Assembly: GCA_965205015.1 (NCBI GenBank) | Contig: OZ242029.1 | Location: 2,464,001-2,528,000 of the forward strand | DNA length: 64,000 nt | Direction of reading: 5' to 3' | DNA from: Candidatus Poribacteria bacterium | GTDB taxonomy: Bacteria; Poribacteria; WGA-4E; WGA-3G | In this document: piece after piece, positions 10,218 through 20,700 of the stretch | How positions within the stretch are numbered: the first letter of the stretch is position 1 | How the letters are laid out: every line of letters starts with the position of its first letter | Notes under the pieces: generated by a model | The model's input: the letters and a program-made list of their open reading frames with translations, nothing else | Told to the model about the DNA's origin: nothing | Database searches by the model: none | Translations under genes and position numbers: made by a program

Positions 10218-11378
10218 ATGAAAATTACTGACATCAAACCGTATCCTGTTTGGGTAGGACACAGAAATCAACACATCGTCAAAGTGGAGACCGATGAAGG
10301 TATCTATGGATGGGGCGAATCTGGACTTTCGAGTCGAGAATTGGCTGTCGCGGGAGCGGTTAAACACTATCGTGAATTTCTGATTGGGCGCGATCCGATG
10401 CGGATCGGGGGACTGTGGCAGGAGATGTACCGGAGCCAGTATTTTGAGGGGGGTCGGGCATTAACAGGCGCGATCTCGGCGATCGACATCGCACTCCACG
10501 ATATTGTTGGGAAGGCGTTGAACGTACCGGTTTATCAACTGCTCGGTGGAAAGCAACGCGACGCTGTCCCGTGCTTTGCAACGACGGGTGCCGCGACAGT
10601 TGAGGAACTCATCGCGAACGCGAATTTATTGCTTGAGAACGGATGGAACGTCATCCGAACAAACGTCCTGCATCGTGCGAAACCAGGCGAGGAAAACATC
10701 TTTGAACCCCGCGAATCCATCAGTCTCGCGGCGGAGTGGTTGACGGCACTCCGAGAAGCCATCGGATCTGAACCCGTCCTCGGTATCGACTATCATCACC
10801 GGCTCAGCGTTGCGGAGGCGGCATCCTTCTGTCAACGTATGCCCTCTGGTACGCTCGATTTTTTGGAGGAGCCGATCCGAGATGAGACCCCCGAGGCGTA
10901 TGAATCACTACGGACGATGGTCGATGTCCCCTTCGCGATTGGCGAGGAATTTTCCAGTAAGTGGCAGTTTCTCCCGTATCTGGAGCGCGGCATCACGAAC
11001 TTCGCCCGACTTGACGTATGCAATGTCGGTGGATTGACGGAATCTGTGAAGGTTGCGGGTTTGGCTGAGGCGCATTATATTGACCTGATGCCTCACAACC
11101 CATTAGGTCCGATATGCACGGCGGCGACGGTTCATCTGGCAGCGGCAGTCCCGAACTTCGCTTGGTTGGAAATCCGAGTCTCTCCCACAGAGAAATCTGG
11201 ACATTATGATGAGGACCTATTTCCTGTGCAACACCAACTCGAAGGGGCAGTTATACCAGTACCCGACGGGCCCGGCTTGGGCGTTGAGGTTGATGAAGCG
11301 CTCGTAACGTCCCAGACCTTCAAATTCGCGGAACCGCCACACCTTCGCCGACGGGACGGATCGCACACCAACTGGTAG
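10218..11378 (+). CDS. Mandelate racemase/muconate lactonizing enzyme family (DgoD-like)
   Basis: AGGAG RBS, GWGE, ISAIDIALHD, IDYHHR, LEEP, IGEE, MPHNPLGP. Confidence 0.92.
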   Translation: MKITDIKPYPVWVGHRNQHIVKVETDEGIYGWGESGLSSRELAVAGAVKHYREFLIGRDPMRIGGLWQEMYRSQYFEGGRALTGAISAIDIALHDIVGKALNVPVYQLLGGKQRDAVPCFATTGAATVEELIANANLLLENGWNVIRTNVLHRAKPGEENIFEPRESISLAAEWLTALREAIGSEPVLGIDYHHRLSVAEAASFCQRMPSGTLDFLEEPIRDETPEAYESLRTMVDVPFAIGEEFSSKWQFLPYLERGITNFARLDVCNVGGLTESVKVAGLAEAHYIDLMPHNPLGPICTAATVHLAAAVPNFAWLEIRVSPTEKSGHYDEDLFPVQHQLEGAVIPVPDGPGLGVEVDEALVTSQTFKFAEPPHLRRRDGSHTNW

Positions 11379-11517
11379 CGGATCAAACCAGACCTATGTC
11401 CTATGTAGCGAGGATAATTTGCAGGGTTAGATTTCTCTTAACTATTCGCATGAAGTATGTTATACTGTACACAATATTTTTAAAAATTAGGACAAGACAC
11501 ACCTCACGCCCGTCGTA

Positions 11518-11796
11518 ATGGAATTTGAATGGGACGAACAGAAAAATCAAGAATGTATCCAAAAACGTGGAATTAGTTTCAAACGCGCTTCGCTCGTTTT
11601 TAATGATCCTGATCGGATAGAGCGCGTAGATGTTCGATACGACTACGGCGAAGAAAGAATCGTTGTCCTTGGTCGAAGCGCGGGTCGTCTCTTGTATGTG
11701 GTTTATACATGGCGCGGCAACACGCGTCGTATTATTTCAGCAAGGAAGGCAACTAAAAATGAAAGACAAATCTACTTTAGTCAAATACACCCGTGA
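11518..11796 (+). CDS. brnT: BrnT family toxin (type II TA)
   Basis: FEWDEQKN..KRGISF, YGEER, RIISARKA..ER. Confidence 0.92.
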   Translation: MEFEWDEQKNQECIQKRGISFKRASLVFNDPDRIERVDVRYDYGEERIVVLGRSAGRLLYVVYTWRGNTRRIISARKATKNERQIYFSQIHP

Positions 11797-12082
11797 AGAA
11801 CTTGGACAGGTTACCGATGAAACGGATTGGGAGAAAGTCGATGCAATGACCGATGAGGAAGTTTATCAGGACGCGCTTAATGATAAAGATGCCCAACCTA
11901 CCGATGAAACTTTTTGGAAAACCGCACCTCTCCCTTCACACTTTACAGGTATCGATCAGGATATCTTAAAGTGGTTCAAAGCCCGGGACGTTGATTACGA
12001 AGCACAAATTAACACCGTGCTCCGGTCATACATGGAAGCAAACAGACAGGGAGACACATCAAATGAAAACACAAACGATTAG
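11759..12082 (+). CDS. brnA: BrnA family antitoxin
   Basis: TDWEKVDAMTD and IDQDILKWFK..YEAQINTVLRSYM; overlaps brnT. Confidence 0.88.
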   Translation: MKDKSTLVKYTREELGQVTDETDWEKVDAMTDEEVYQDALNDKDAQPTDETFWKTAPLPSHFTGIDQDILKWFKARDVDYEAQINTVLRSYMEANRQGDTSNENTND

Positions 12083-12992
12083 GTATGGAAAAAACGGTGG
12101 GGTCGAGATCATTGATGTTGATGTATCTGATCCGCAGGGGGGTGAAGTTCAGGTTCAGAGTGCCGCCTGTGGGGTCTGTGCATGGGACTTAGCCACCTTT
12201 CGATATGGTGGCACGGCACCACCCGGTCACGAAGGTGTCGGCTATGTCACAAAAGTTGGACGTGGTGTCCAGGATATTGAGGAAGGGATGCGTGTTACAG
12301 GGCAAGGGTTGGGATTTGACGGTATTAAGAACTGCACAGCCGACCGTATGTATGTCCTCCCAGAATCAGACCTTGCAGACGAGTATTGGATTGTTGAGCC
12401 GGTTTCATGCGTTGTAACAGGGCTGGATACTGCACCTCTGCTACCCGCCGACAACGTTGCAGTGATTGGGTGTGGTTTTATGGGACTTATGTTTGTCCAG
12501 GCACTGAGCCAATTCTACACGAACGATCTTATCGCCATTGATATTGTCGAAGACCGGCTGAAATTGGCGAAATCACTCGGTGCTCAATTCGCATATAATC
12601 CAACGGAAATTGATGCCGCCGAACTGGTGTCAGAATTGAAGGGACGTCCAATTGACGTGGTGTTCGACTGCTCCGGCAAACCGCAAGGGTTGAATCTCTC
12701 AACGAAGATTGTCCGTAGGGGTGGACATATCAATCTTTTCGGTTGGATTCGAGAGGAAGTAACAATCAATGGTTCTGAGTGGCATGGCGGTGGGTTTAAT
12801 TTGGTGAGTTCGTCACCGGGCGCGAAGATACGGGACACGTTTCCACCAGCGATTCGGCTCCTCGAGCGTGGTCACATCGACCTCAGACCGCTTGTAACGC
12901 ACATCGTCCCGCTTGCGGAGTATCCCGCACTCCTTGAAGAAGCAACGGGTGGAGACGGCAGTTACATCAAAGGTGTGGTGAAAGTGACATAA
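12063..12992 (+). CDS. Zinc-binding alcohol/sugar dehydrogenase (MDR)
   Basis: CGVC, GHE, VEP, IGCGFMG. Confidence 0.9.
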   Translation: MKTQTIRYGKNGGVEIIDVDVSDPQGGEVQVQSAACGVCAWDLATFRYGGTAPPGHEGVGYVTKVGRGVQDIEEGMRVTGQGLGFDGIKNCTADRMYVLPESDLADEYWIVEPVSCVVTGLDTAPLLPADNVAVIGCGFMGLMFVQALSQFYTNDLIAIDIVEDRLKLAKSLGAQFAYNPTEIDAAELVSELKGRPIDVVFDCSGKPQGLNLSTKIVRRGGHINLFGWIREEVTINGSEWHGGGFNLVSSSPGAKIRDTFPPAIRLLERGHIDLRPLVTHIVPLAEYPALLEEATGGDGSYIKGVVKVT

Positions 12993-13114
12993 GAGAACGT
13001 GCGTTCCGTAGCGGGCGCGGTTTTCTTAACAACTCAAAGCACGGGGGTGCCTACACCCAAAACGGCGCGTCGTCGCCCGTGCTTCCCTATAGTTGCCCGA
13101 AGGCGGTATGCTTC

Positions 13115-14242
13115 CTATCCAAACAAATATTTCTCCACAACATCTTCGCGCACCGTGACACCCAGTCCCGGAACATCTCGGATAGCGACATACCCATCCT
13201 CTTGGACCCACGGATCGCTGACCAATTCATGCTGCATCGGGGATTCATGGGGTTTAAAATCCGTACAATCCGCATGCGGTGAACTCGCGAGCATGTGCAG
13301 ACTCGCCGCCGTGTTTAAGGCACTGCTCCATGAATGCGCACTGAACAGTAGGTTCTCCGCCTCAACGAGTTTGATGACGTGCCGACTGCCGGTAAGCCCG
13401 TGGCAACGCCCCGGATCAATTTGGACGATATCGACACCCCCCGACTGGATAAGCCGTTTGTAACTTTCGACATCCCACTCATCTTCACCTGTACCGATAG
13501 GCGTCATAACTGCTGATCGCAGTTGGGCGTAGGCTTCAAAGTTTTGGGGAGGCAGGGGTTGCTCAATCCATTTGAGTCGATAGGGTTCGAGGGCCCGGAA
13601 GCGTTGAATCGCTGTCGGGACATCCCAAATACGGCGGTGACCGGGGGTATCAATGACCAGTTCCAGTTCGTCTCCAATCACTTCACGCACACGACGAATC
13701 ATCTCAATGTCACGTTGGCGGTCGAGACCGAAGACTGCCTCGGGTCGCATCCCCCAACCGCCTTTGACGACGCGGTAGTCTTGCTCTCGCAACCACCGAA
13801 ATTCGTTGAGCGTCCAGTCCAGATCTTCCATATCGAAGATGATGGATGCCATTGCGACGATTTTGTCGTGAAGTTGACCCCCAAGGAGTTGGCAAACAGG
13901 TAAACCGAGTGCCTTGCCCTTTAAGTCCCATAACGCCATATCCACAGCACTAACAGCGAATGCGGCAATGCCTTCAGGACCATACCACCAGATATGGTCG
14001 AGCATTTTATGCCAGTGCCGTTCCACATCCAAAGCATCTTCACCCGTAAGCATCGGTGCAAATCCCTGATCGATAATTATCTGTGTTGCAAGTGTCGCCT
14101 CTCGGAATTGTGAGATACACTCCCCCCAACCCACGAGACCGTCATCGCTTTCCACGCGAGCGAGTGTAATGTAGCGTTCGATACCTTTGTAGTGTGGTTC
14201 CGGGTAAGCAAGCGGAAACGCCTGAATTTTTTGAATTTTCAT
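13115..14242 (-). CDS. Mandelate racemase/muconate lactonizing enzyme family
   Basis: GGAGG RBS, GWGE, SAVDMALWDLKGK, WIEQP, GE, PGLG. Confidence 0.9.
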   Translation of the reverse strand: MKIQKIQAFPLAYPEPHYKGIERYITLARVESDDGLVGWGECISQFREATLATQIIIDQGFAPMLTGEDALDVERHWHKMLDHIWWYGPEGIAAFAVSAVDMALWDLKGKALGLPVCQLLGGQLHDKIVAMASIIFDMEDLDWTLNEFRWLREQDYRVVKGGWGMRPEAVFGLDRQRDIEMIRRVREVIGDELELVIDTPGHRRIWDVPTAIQRFRALEPYRLKWIEQPLPPQNFEAYAQLRSAVMTPIGTGEDEWDVESYKRLIQSGGVDIVQIDPGRCHGLTGSRHVIKLVEAENLLFSAHSWSSALNTAASLHMLASSPHADCTDFKPHESPMQHELVSDPWVQEDGYVAIRDVPGLGVTVREDVVEKYLFG

Positions 14243-14443
14243 ATTTTTGATTATGTCCTCCTGGACTGCGCGCCAAATGTAAAGCAAAGACAAATTATGC
14301 CGTTTAAGGAAACCTAATTGCATTACGCATAGGTTTCTGGTTAAGTCGTGACCGGAATTGATGATTTGTCCCGTCAGCAAGACAAATAAGATTTTTCAGT
14401 TACCGGAGATACACAGCAAAGGCAACTATATGAATCCAAGTTA

Positions 14444-15265
14444 CTACTTACAAACTCTGGACACTTCCATATTATTTTTTATTGGTTCTAAGTTCAGCAA
14501 CCCAGACACATCTTCAAGAATCGCATAAGCATTGTAACTTTCAAAAGCCGTTCGTGGCGTAACACCCGAAAGCACAGCAACAAACGCAATACCGGCACGT
14601 CGCGCAGTTTCAGCATCCGTTACGCTATCTCCGACGTAAAGGGCGTTCTGGGGATGGCAATTCATTTCCACAATTGCTGTCAGCAGTCCCTTTGGGCTCG
14701 GCTTGTGTTCGGACACATCCTCTCCACCAATGATAACTTTAAACGGCTCCAGCAATCTCTCTCGCTCCAGAATTGCTTGAATCCGGTAGCGGCCCTTCAG
14801 AGATAAGATACCCAGTTGGATATCAAGCTGCTGCAATGCCTCGACGGTCTCTGGAACATTTGTAAGGAGTACCGAGTTATCAACCATAACCTCATCAGCA
14901 CGTTCAACGAACAGTCGTGTGAAAGCCTCAAGGTATTTGATGTATTTCTTCCCAACCAACATTATAAATGTGTCTGGTAAGGATAAACCAATCGTCCGCC
15001 GAATCGTGGCATCAGCAGCGCTGGGCATCCCGAGGTTGCCAAGCGCGAAGTTGATACACTCAATGACACCAGGTGAAGAGTCTGCCAAGGTATAGTCAAA
15101 GTCGAAGATGATCGCTTGAACCCCTGGTTTCATCAAAGGTGTCAAGTTGGAAACCGGTGCCTTAAGAGGTTTAGGATTCTCGGAATAGTTTTTAATTTTC
15201 AGGCCATTTTCAACCTTTTTCAGAATATCTGTTTTTGATATAGGCTTTAGTGTAGTGAAGTGCAT
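14444..15265 (-). CDS. HAD-superfamily hydrolase (phosphoglycolate phosphatase-like)
   Basis: FDFDYTL, KPSP, VGDS..D. GGAGG precedes 15265; alternative start at 15133. Confidence 0.88.
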   Translation of the reverse strand: MHFTTLKPISKTDILKKVENGLKIKNYSENPKPLKAPVSNLTPLMKPGVQAIIFDFDYTLADSSPGVIECINFALGNLGMPSAADATIRRTIGLSLPDTFIMLVGKKYIKYLEAFTRLFVERADEVMVDNSVLLTNVPETVEALQQLDIQLGILSLKGRYRIQAILERERLLEPFKVIIGGEDVSEHKPSPKGLLTAIVEMNCHPQNALYVGDSVTDAETARRAGIAFVAVLSGVTPRTAFESYNAYAILEDVSGLLNLEPIKNNMEVSRVCK

Positions 15266-15385
15266 AATTACCTCCAGAGTTGGACCCCCCTAGAATTAAA
15301 AACTATAATTATACACAACTTTCTGGCATAAGTCAAATTTTGTTTGACTTAGCGGTCCTCAAAAGGATTTTTCAAGTGCTTTCCT

Positions 15386-15435
15386 CACCCCGTAGGCGTG
15401 CTATGTGTATAAATAACTGGCAACTTGCGTTATAT
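15386..15435. repeat. Partial copy of the intergenic repeat family at 52.7-52.9 kb
   Basis: gtgctatgtgtataaataactggcaacttgcgtta resembles gtgctatgttcataagtagatggcaacttaggtta at about 52851-52885. Confidence 0.55.
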
Positions 15436-15439
15436 TATA

Positions 15440-17362
15440 CTACGGCCAAATTCCATAAGTCGGTATATTAAACACCATTCCCAGTATTGTCCATAGACTC
15501 CCGACGGTAAATTGTCCCAATATCAAGCCGAGAAAGAAGGGCATCGCCTGCCGATGGGCATTTCTCCCACCGTATTTCAGCAGCAGCAATTTCAACACCC
15601 ACACGATCCCCAAACTGAACCAGATATAATTAACTGCCCAGCTCCCACACACGGCGGCATACGCTGCCGGATGAAAAGGGAACCAGAAAAACTTCATGCG
15701 CATCAACATGAGGAACAGCGCGAAGAGTAAACCAATTCCCGTAAATCCCAACGCCCAATAGTCTGGAGCAAGCGGATGTGCTAACCATTTCTGCAGCTGC
15801 GTCCACGGTTCAGACCCGTATATGATTGGCACGCGGGACATCTCGTGTAAAGCACCGAGTCGGTAAGGGATGGATATGAGTGCCCAAAATTGCGAGAGGA
15901 TACCGACGCACAGCGCGATAAGGATTGCAAATAGCATAAAACGACTTCGGATTCCCGACGTTGAGGCAAGTTTGAACCCCTCAAGTTGATGGGGCATCGG
16001 ATGTGAATCGAAGGTGCGTGTAAAGAACCAGAAGAAAGAGAACATCGAAAGATTATTCGGTCCGAGCGGACGCGTGCCTACAGCCGCGACCATGACCCGT
16101 TCGGGTCCTGTATAGTGCAAGTCGTGCATTGGCGATCCGAGTTCGGCGCGCATCCGAGAGACCGCCGTTGAAAATGCAAAATAGAGTCCAAAAAAGACGA
16201 GAATCGCCCAGAGGGACATACCCGCCCTCAAACAAAAAAACGTCAGAAACGCAACACCAGCAACCAGGGCGAGAAGAAGGAGCCTGGGGGACATCGGTTC
16301 ATCCCGCGTAGATGTGGGATGAACGTTCGCGCCCAGTAAATTCTGCAGATATTTTCGGCCCCTCCACATGGCAATAAAAAAGATGCCCATATACGCCCCA
16401 AATCCCTGATAGTTGACGTAAGGATACCCCGTCCCTTCCAAACCCATCATGCTTCCAACGACCTGTTGCCCCTTCCACACCCAAAAGAAAAACCATGTCG
16501 AAAACAACAGATCCAACGGAATCAGGAATCCGATGCCTAACACAAAGGGATAAATTCCCAATCTCAGCCACCCCATCGCAGAGAAGGGTTTCTCTGTGAA
16601 TCTGAAACGGTATGCTTTCTCATATACGGAGGGGATCGCAGGAAAAACGTGGTGGAGACCGTTAGCGACATCGAAAGCCGCGACAAGCCCGAAACCGATC
16701 CACATCAGCCGATTCGTGAAGAAACCCTCGCTCGTCATCCGGGCTGGGAGTTGGATGATCGGGTACGCCAGTTTCTCATCTTCTGTCCACGGTTTCCGCA
16801 CGATGACAGTGATGCAAACCATAACAAACAGCATCGCAAAGAGAAAGGCGAACCAGTTTAGCACAGGCGTTAGCCAACCCAACAGATGTTGCTTTGTGTG
16901 CAGTGTAGAATCTCCCTCGTAGTAGCCCGAAAGAACACCCTTGTCCGACACGGCAAGCCAACGCGGAATATACCGCCAAAACAGGTCTTTCCAATCGTTC
17001 TCCGGCGTTGCGAACCAGAACGCGTGCCCCAATGTGGAAACCAGAATCTCCATCATGCTGTGTCCCGCAGTCGCGGATGCCACGGAGAGCATGACATAAA
17101 TGATCAGGAGTTCACCTTGTGAGAGAGCCAACCGAGGCAGGAATCGCTTGAATACTCGGTTGAATCCGATCAACACAAGAATATTGAAAACAACCGTGAA
17201 AATAAGCGAGACGATGGTGGGCTGTGCGGAATACTGCACCAGTTCAATATACGTAATCCAATAACAATTGAGAGGGATGAGAATAATTCCAATTGCTATA
17301 GACCGCCAGCCGACCGATGAGGGCGGTTTTGATGGAGATAAAGTCGGTTTCGTGTGCGGCAT
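15440..17362 (-). CDS. DUF6785/DUF6784-type polytopic membrane protein (putative transporter)
   Basis: Many TM helices; FATPENDW, RKPW..EKLAYPI.QLP, FWFPFHP, PFFLGLILG; paralogue of 27477. Confidence 0.7.
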   Translation of the reverse strand: MPHTKPTLSPSKPPSSVGWRSIAIGIILIPLNCYWITYIELVQYSAQPTIVSLIFTVVFNILVLIGFNRVFKRFLPRLALSQGELLIIYVMLSVASATAGHSMMEILVSTLGHAFWFATPENDWKDLFWRYIPRWLAVSDKGVLSGYYEGDSTLHTKQHLLGWLTPVLNWFAFLFAMLFVMVCITVIVRKPWTEDEKLAYPIIQLPARMTSEGFFTNRLMWIGFGLVAAFDVANGLHHVFPAIPSVYEKAYRFRFTEKPFSAMGWLRLGIYPFVLGIGFLIPLDLLFSTWFFFWVWKGQQVVGSMMGLEGTGYPYVNYQGFGAYMGIFFIAMWRGRKYLQNLLGANVHPTSTRDEPMSPRLLLLALVAGVAFLTFFCLRAGMSLWAILVFFGLYFAFSTAVSRMRAELGSPMHDLHYTGPERVMVAAVGTRPLGPNNLSMFSFFWFFTRTFDSHPMPHQLEGFKLASTSGIRSRFMLFAILIALCVGILSQFWALISIPYRLGALHEMSRVPIIYGSEPWTQLQKWLAHPLAPDYWALGFTGIGLLFALFLMLMRMKFFWFPFHPAAYAAVCGSWAVNYIWFSLGIVWVLKLLLLKYGGRNAHRQAMPFFLGLILGQFTVGSLWTILGMVFNIPTYGIWP

Positions 17363-18166
17363 TTATTCTTGATATGAGAAAACCAGTGGCAAGTGTTCAT
17401 CATCCGCCAACACATCGCCGGTTTTCAACTTCGCAACCACTTCATTGGGTAACGCGCTTTTTTTTCCGTTGAAGGTGGCATCCTCCGGCATAAAAAGCAT
17501 GGCAAACGCACGGCGCGGGTGCGTCGTCATATTCGGTCCCGCCGCATGCGCAACCATCCCACTGATGAATACACCCGCTCCGGCTTTCATCTCAGCAGCG
17601 TAGGGTTCAATCTCTGCCCATTCTGGATACTCGCGGAACAGTTCGCCGACACCCGCTTGTCCGAGAATCCCGCCGATCTCAAAGTTGCTTGTCTTGTGCG
17701 TCCCGGGCAGAAGATACAAACAGCCGTTCTGAACGGTTGTATCATCAAGTGCCACCCAGAACATGATCGCCTGATGCGAATAGAAGGGGTCATACGGATT
17801 ATCGACATGGAAGTTCGTGGGATTTGCCCACGGTTGCTTCACCATGGCGTGATCGTGATACAACCGCACACCCGAAGTGCCAGCGAGATCTGCCGCCAAC
17901 TTACCCAACTCGGGATCAAGGATCAATCGTTTAACCTTCTCGTTCGTCTTCCACAAATTGACGCATTGAACGAAGACGTTCTTGTAGTAACCGTCTTTTC
18001 CCTTTTGATTGTGGAAGGCGTCAGGACGGCTCACATGCTGCGCGACAGCCTCGTCAACGGCATCCTGCCACACTGACAACTCGGCACCGTTCAGGAAATC
18101 GTCAATAACCAGGAACCCATTTTCACGGTAAAATTCAATCTGATCGTTCGCAACTTGTGTATTCAT
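17363..18166 (-). CDS. PhyH family dioxygenase
   Basis: FHVD, NGCLYLLPGTH, AHAAGPN..PRRA. Confidence 0.9.
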   Translation of the reverse strand: MNTQVANDQIEFYRENGFLVIDDFLNGAELSVWQDAVDEAVAQHVSRPDAFHNQKGKDGYYKNVFVQCVNLWKTNEKVKRLILDPELGKLAADLAGTSGVRLYHDHAMVKQPWANPTNFHVDNPYDPFYSHQAIMFWVALDDTTVQNGCLYLLPGTHKTSNFEIGGILGQAGVGELFREYPEWAEIEPYAAEMKAGAGVFISGMVAHAAGPNMTTHPRRAFAMLFMPEDATFNGKKSALPNEVVAKLKTGDVLADDEHLPLVFSYQE

Positions 18167-18197
18167 GGCATCTTAGGTGATCGGAGATATGTGCCTC

Positions 18198-19001
18198 TCA
18201 ATCATAATTGCTGGGTCGGTGATCGCCGAGGAGTCGTCTCTGGCGTGGATTCGCTTGGGAGAGAATTGAGGCATCAAACTGAAACTTGTTCAGATAGGGT
18301 GGGTATTTCTGTGTAATCATCCGCTGCGCATAGTGTACCTGTAAAAGGTAGCGGGTTTCGTCACTCGTATTGGCAGAGCCACGATGCCAGACTTCACTAC
18401 GGAAAAGCACCACATCCCCTGCATTGCATAAGATACTCTCTTCCGTCCTGCCTTTCCACTCCGTTGCCCCGTTTGGAGAGCATCCAGAGAAGTGGCTACC
18501 CGGAACAAACTTTGTCGGTCCCAATTCCTCATACATATTGTTGAGATAGTAATGAGCAGTCGTGATGAAGATTGGAACTTTGACGCGTGGATCGGAACGA
18601 ACGTCTGCAGGGAGACCGATTGGCAGCCAATCCGTATGTAAGCCTTGATCCGGACGCCCGGGTCCTGTTATCCACGATTGCATGCCGATGCAATGACAAT
18701 CCTCACCGTGCGTCGCCTCGGCAACCTCAATAATCGGTGATTTGTCAAGGAATTGGAGATACAGTGGGTCGCGATTAAATGAGTTGTTGATGATTTTATT
18801 CAGGAATCCATCGCCATTTTGAGGCGTTTGGTGTCGATCCAAACACTCCGGGATCGTCTCTAATCGATCCATCATGGCTCGCAATTCGGCGACTTCCTCA
18901 GCATCAAGCACGCCGGGGAAATAGACGTAACCATCCCTTTCCAATGCTTCAACTTGGCTTTCTAAATCGTTATGTGCCACGAGGGAGAGAGCTTTCGCCA
19001 T
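18198..19001 (-). CDS. PhyH family dioxygenase (paralogue A)
   Basis: LHTD, GPTKFVPGSH, WHRG..N...R. Confidence 0.9.
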   Translation of the reverse strand: MAKALSLVAHNDLESQVEALERDGYVYFPGVLDAEEVAELRAMMDRLETIPECLDRHQTPQNGDGFLNKIINNSFNRDPLYLQFLDKSPIIEVAEATHGEDCHCIGMQSWITGPGRPDQGLHTDWLPIGLPADVRSDPRVKVPIFITTAHYYLNNMYEELGPTKFVPGSHFSGCSPNGATEWKGRTEESILCNAGDVVLFRSEVWHRGSANTSDETRYLLQVHYAQRMITQKYPPYLNKFQFDASILSQANPRQRRLLGDHRPSNYD

Positions 19002-19104
19002 TTTCAGTACTCCTTGCGGATTTTAAAATGGTTCAAAGTTCAATAATTCAAGGCGCACTGCTGGCTGTCCAATCGTCCGTATCCAGCGAAGACACTCCTT
19101 GAAA

Positions 19105-19130
19105 GGCGAGGTTAGGAAACCTCGCCAGCG
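19105..19130. repeat. REP-like palindrome
   Basis: GGCGAGGTT-agga-AACCTCGCC-agcg. A reverse-complement copy is at 44361-44385 and a variant at 50596-50615. Confidence 0.7.
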
Positions 19131-19148
19131 AAAGTAGGATTATTACAA

Positions 19149-19724
19149 CTATTCTGCCAATACAATGACACCACACCCGATACGCGCGCCTGCAGCACCC
19201 GAAGGTTGCGAGACGAAATCGTCCGCGTCGGCGTGGACAATGATGCCTTTGCCGACAACATCTATGTCGGAACCTGTGCCGATCTCCCAGAGATCTGTCG
19301 TCAATGTAATACGACCTGTTCCATCTGCTCCGACGTTGATATTGCCGATGTCTCCGAGATGAAACTCACCTTCTCCCCATTTTCCGTGCGCGACATCCGT
19401 GGGATTCCAGTGCCCCCCGGCGGATTTACCGTCGGGTGAACTGCAATCCCCGTTTGCGTGGATATGAAAGCCGTGAAGACCCGGGGAGGCACCGTGAATT
19501 TCAGCCGTGAGCGTGATCTGGTCGCCGTTTTGTGTGAAGACTGCCATTCCGGTTACGCCACTGTCGCCCAGTGCGTCGATCATGGCGTGTGCTTGTGCAG
19601 CGGACGCAGTTGAGAGAATCCCTGCTTGTGGGTTCACTCGATCGCAACCCATTGATATGATAGAAATACCGAGCAATAGAAAGAATACAGGTTTTATACC
19701 GATAGACATTAAACGCGTTTTCAT
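19149..19724 (-). CDS. sodC: Cu/Zn superoxide dismutase (lipoprotein)
   Basis: HGFHIH, GDC, GGHWNP, HLGD, IVHADADD, GARIGCG; lipobox-like ISMGC. Confidence 0.95.
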   Translation of the reverse strand: MKTRLMSIGIKPVFFLLLGISIISMGCDRVNPQAGILSTASAAQAHAMIDALGDSGVTGMAVFTQNGDQITLTAEIHGASPGLHGFHIHANGDCSSPDGKSAGGHWNPTDVAHGKWGEGEFHLGDIGNINVGADGTGRITLTTDLWEIGTGSDIDVVGKGIIVHADADDFVSQPSGAAGARIGCGVIVLAE

Positions 19725-19738
19725 TGATAACTCCTTTG

Positions 19739-20542
19739 TTAATCGTAATTACTTGGTCGATGGTCTCCCATAAGCCGTCTCTGTTGAGGGGTCGCTTGGG
19801 CGAGAATCGATGCATCAAACTGAAACTTATTCAGATAGGGTGGATATTTCTGTGTAATCATCCGCTGTGCATAGTGGACCTGCATGAGATAACGGACTTC
19901 GTCACTCGTATTGGCAGAACCCCGATGCCAGACTTCACTACGGAAAAGCACCACGTCCCCCGCATTGCATAGGATACTCTCTTCCTCGCGGTTATTCCAC
20001 GCCGTTGCGCCGTTTGGAGAACCTCCAGAGAGATGACTGCCCGGAACAAACTTCGTCGGTCCCAATTCCTCGTACATATCATTGAGATAGTAATGGGCTG
20101 TGGTGATAAAGACCGGGATTTTGACGCGTGGATCGGAACGAATCTCTGCGGGTAGAGAGATCGGCAGCCAATCCGTATGTAACCCCTGATCCGGACGTCC
20201 CGGTCCTGTCAGCCACGAATGCATACCGATGCAATGAAAATCCGCACCGTGTGCCGCCTCGGCAACTTCAAAAACGGGGGATCTGTCCAGGAATTGGAGA
20301 TACAACGGGTCGCGATTAAACGAGTTGCTGATAAGTTTGTGGAGGAATTGATCGCCATTTTCAGGTGTTTCATCCCGATCATGAGACTCAGGGATCGCCT
20401 CTAATCGATCCATAGTGGCACGCAATTCAGCGATTTCATCGGCATCAAGCACACTCGGGAAATAGACATACCCATCCCTTTCCAGTGCCTCAATTTGGCT
20501 TTCCAAGTCGTTGTATGCAACGAGGGAGAGGGCTTTCGCCAT
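19739..20542 (-). CDS. PhyH family dioxygenase (paralogue B)
   Basis: Highly similar to 18198..19001 with the same length from MAKALSLV. Confidence 0.9.
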   Translation of the reverse strand: MAKALSLVAYNDLESQIEALERDGYVYFPSVLDADEIAELRATMDRLEAIPESHDRDETPENGDQFLHKLISNSFNRDPLYLQFLDRSPVFEVAEAAHGADFHCIGMHSWLTGPGRPDQGLHTDWLPISLPAEIRSDPRVKIPVFITTAHYYLNDMYEELGPTKFVPGSHLSGGSPNGATAWNNREEESILCNAGDVVLFRSEVWHRGSANTSDEVRYLMQVHYAQRMITQKYPPYLNKFQFDASILAQATPQQRRLMGDHRPSNYD

Positions 20543-20700
20543 TTTCTGGACTCCTTTCAAACAATAACAACGGTTCAGAGCTTATCCGATATGATATGTT
20601 AACCGCAACGCCGTTGTCAATAAAAATTGTGTCCGAACTGGATTTCAAGCACCGGGATTTCCGCTAAGGTCCACCACAAAGCGATTGCCCGATACATCAA

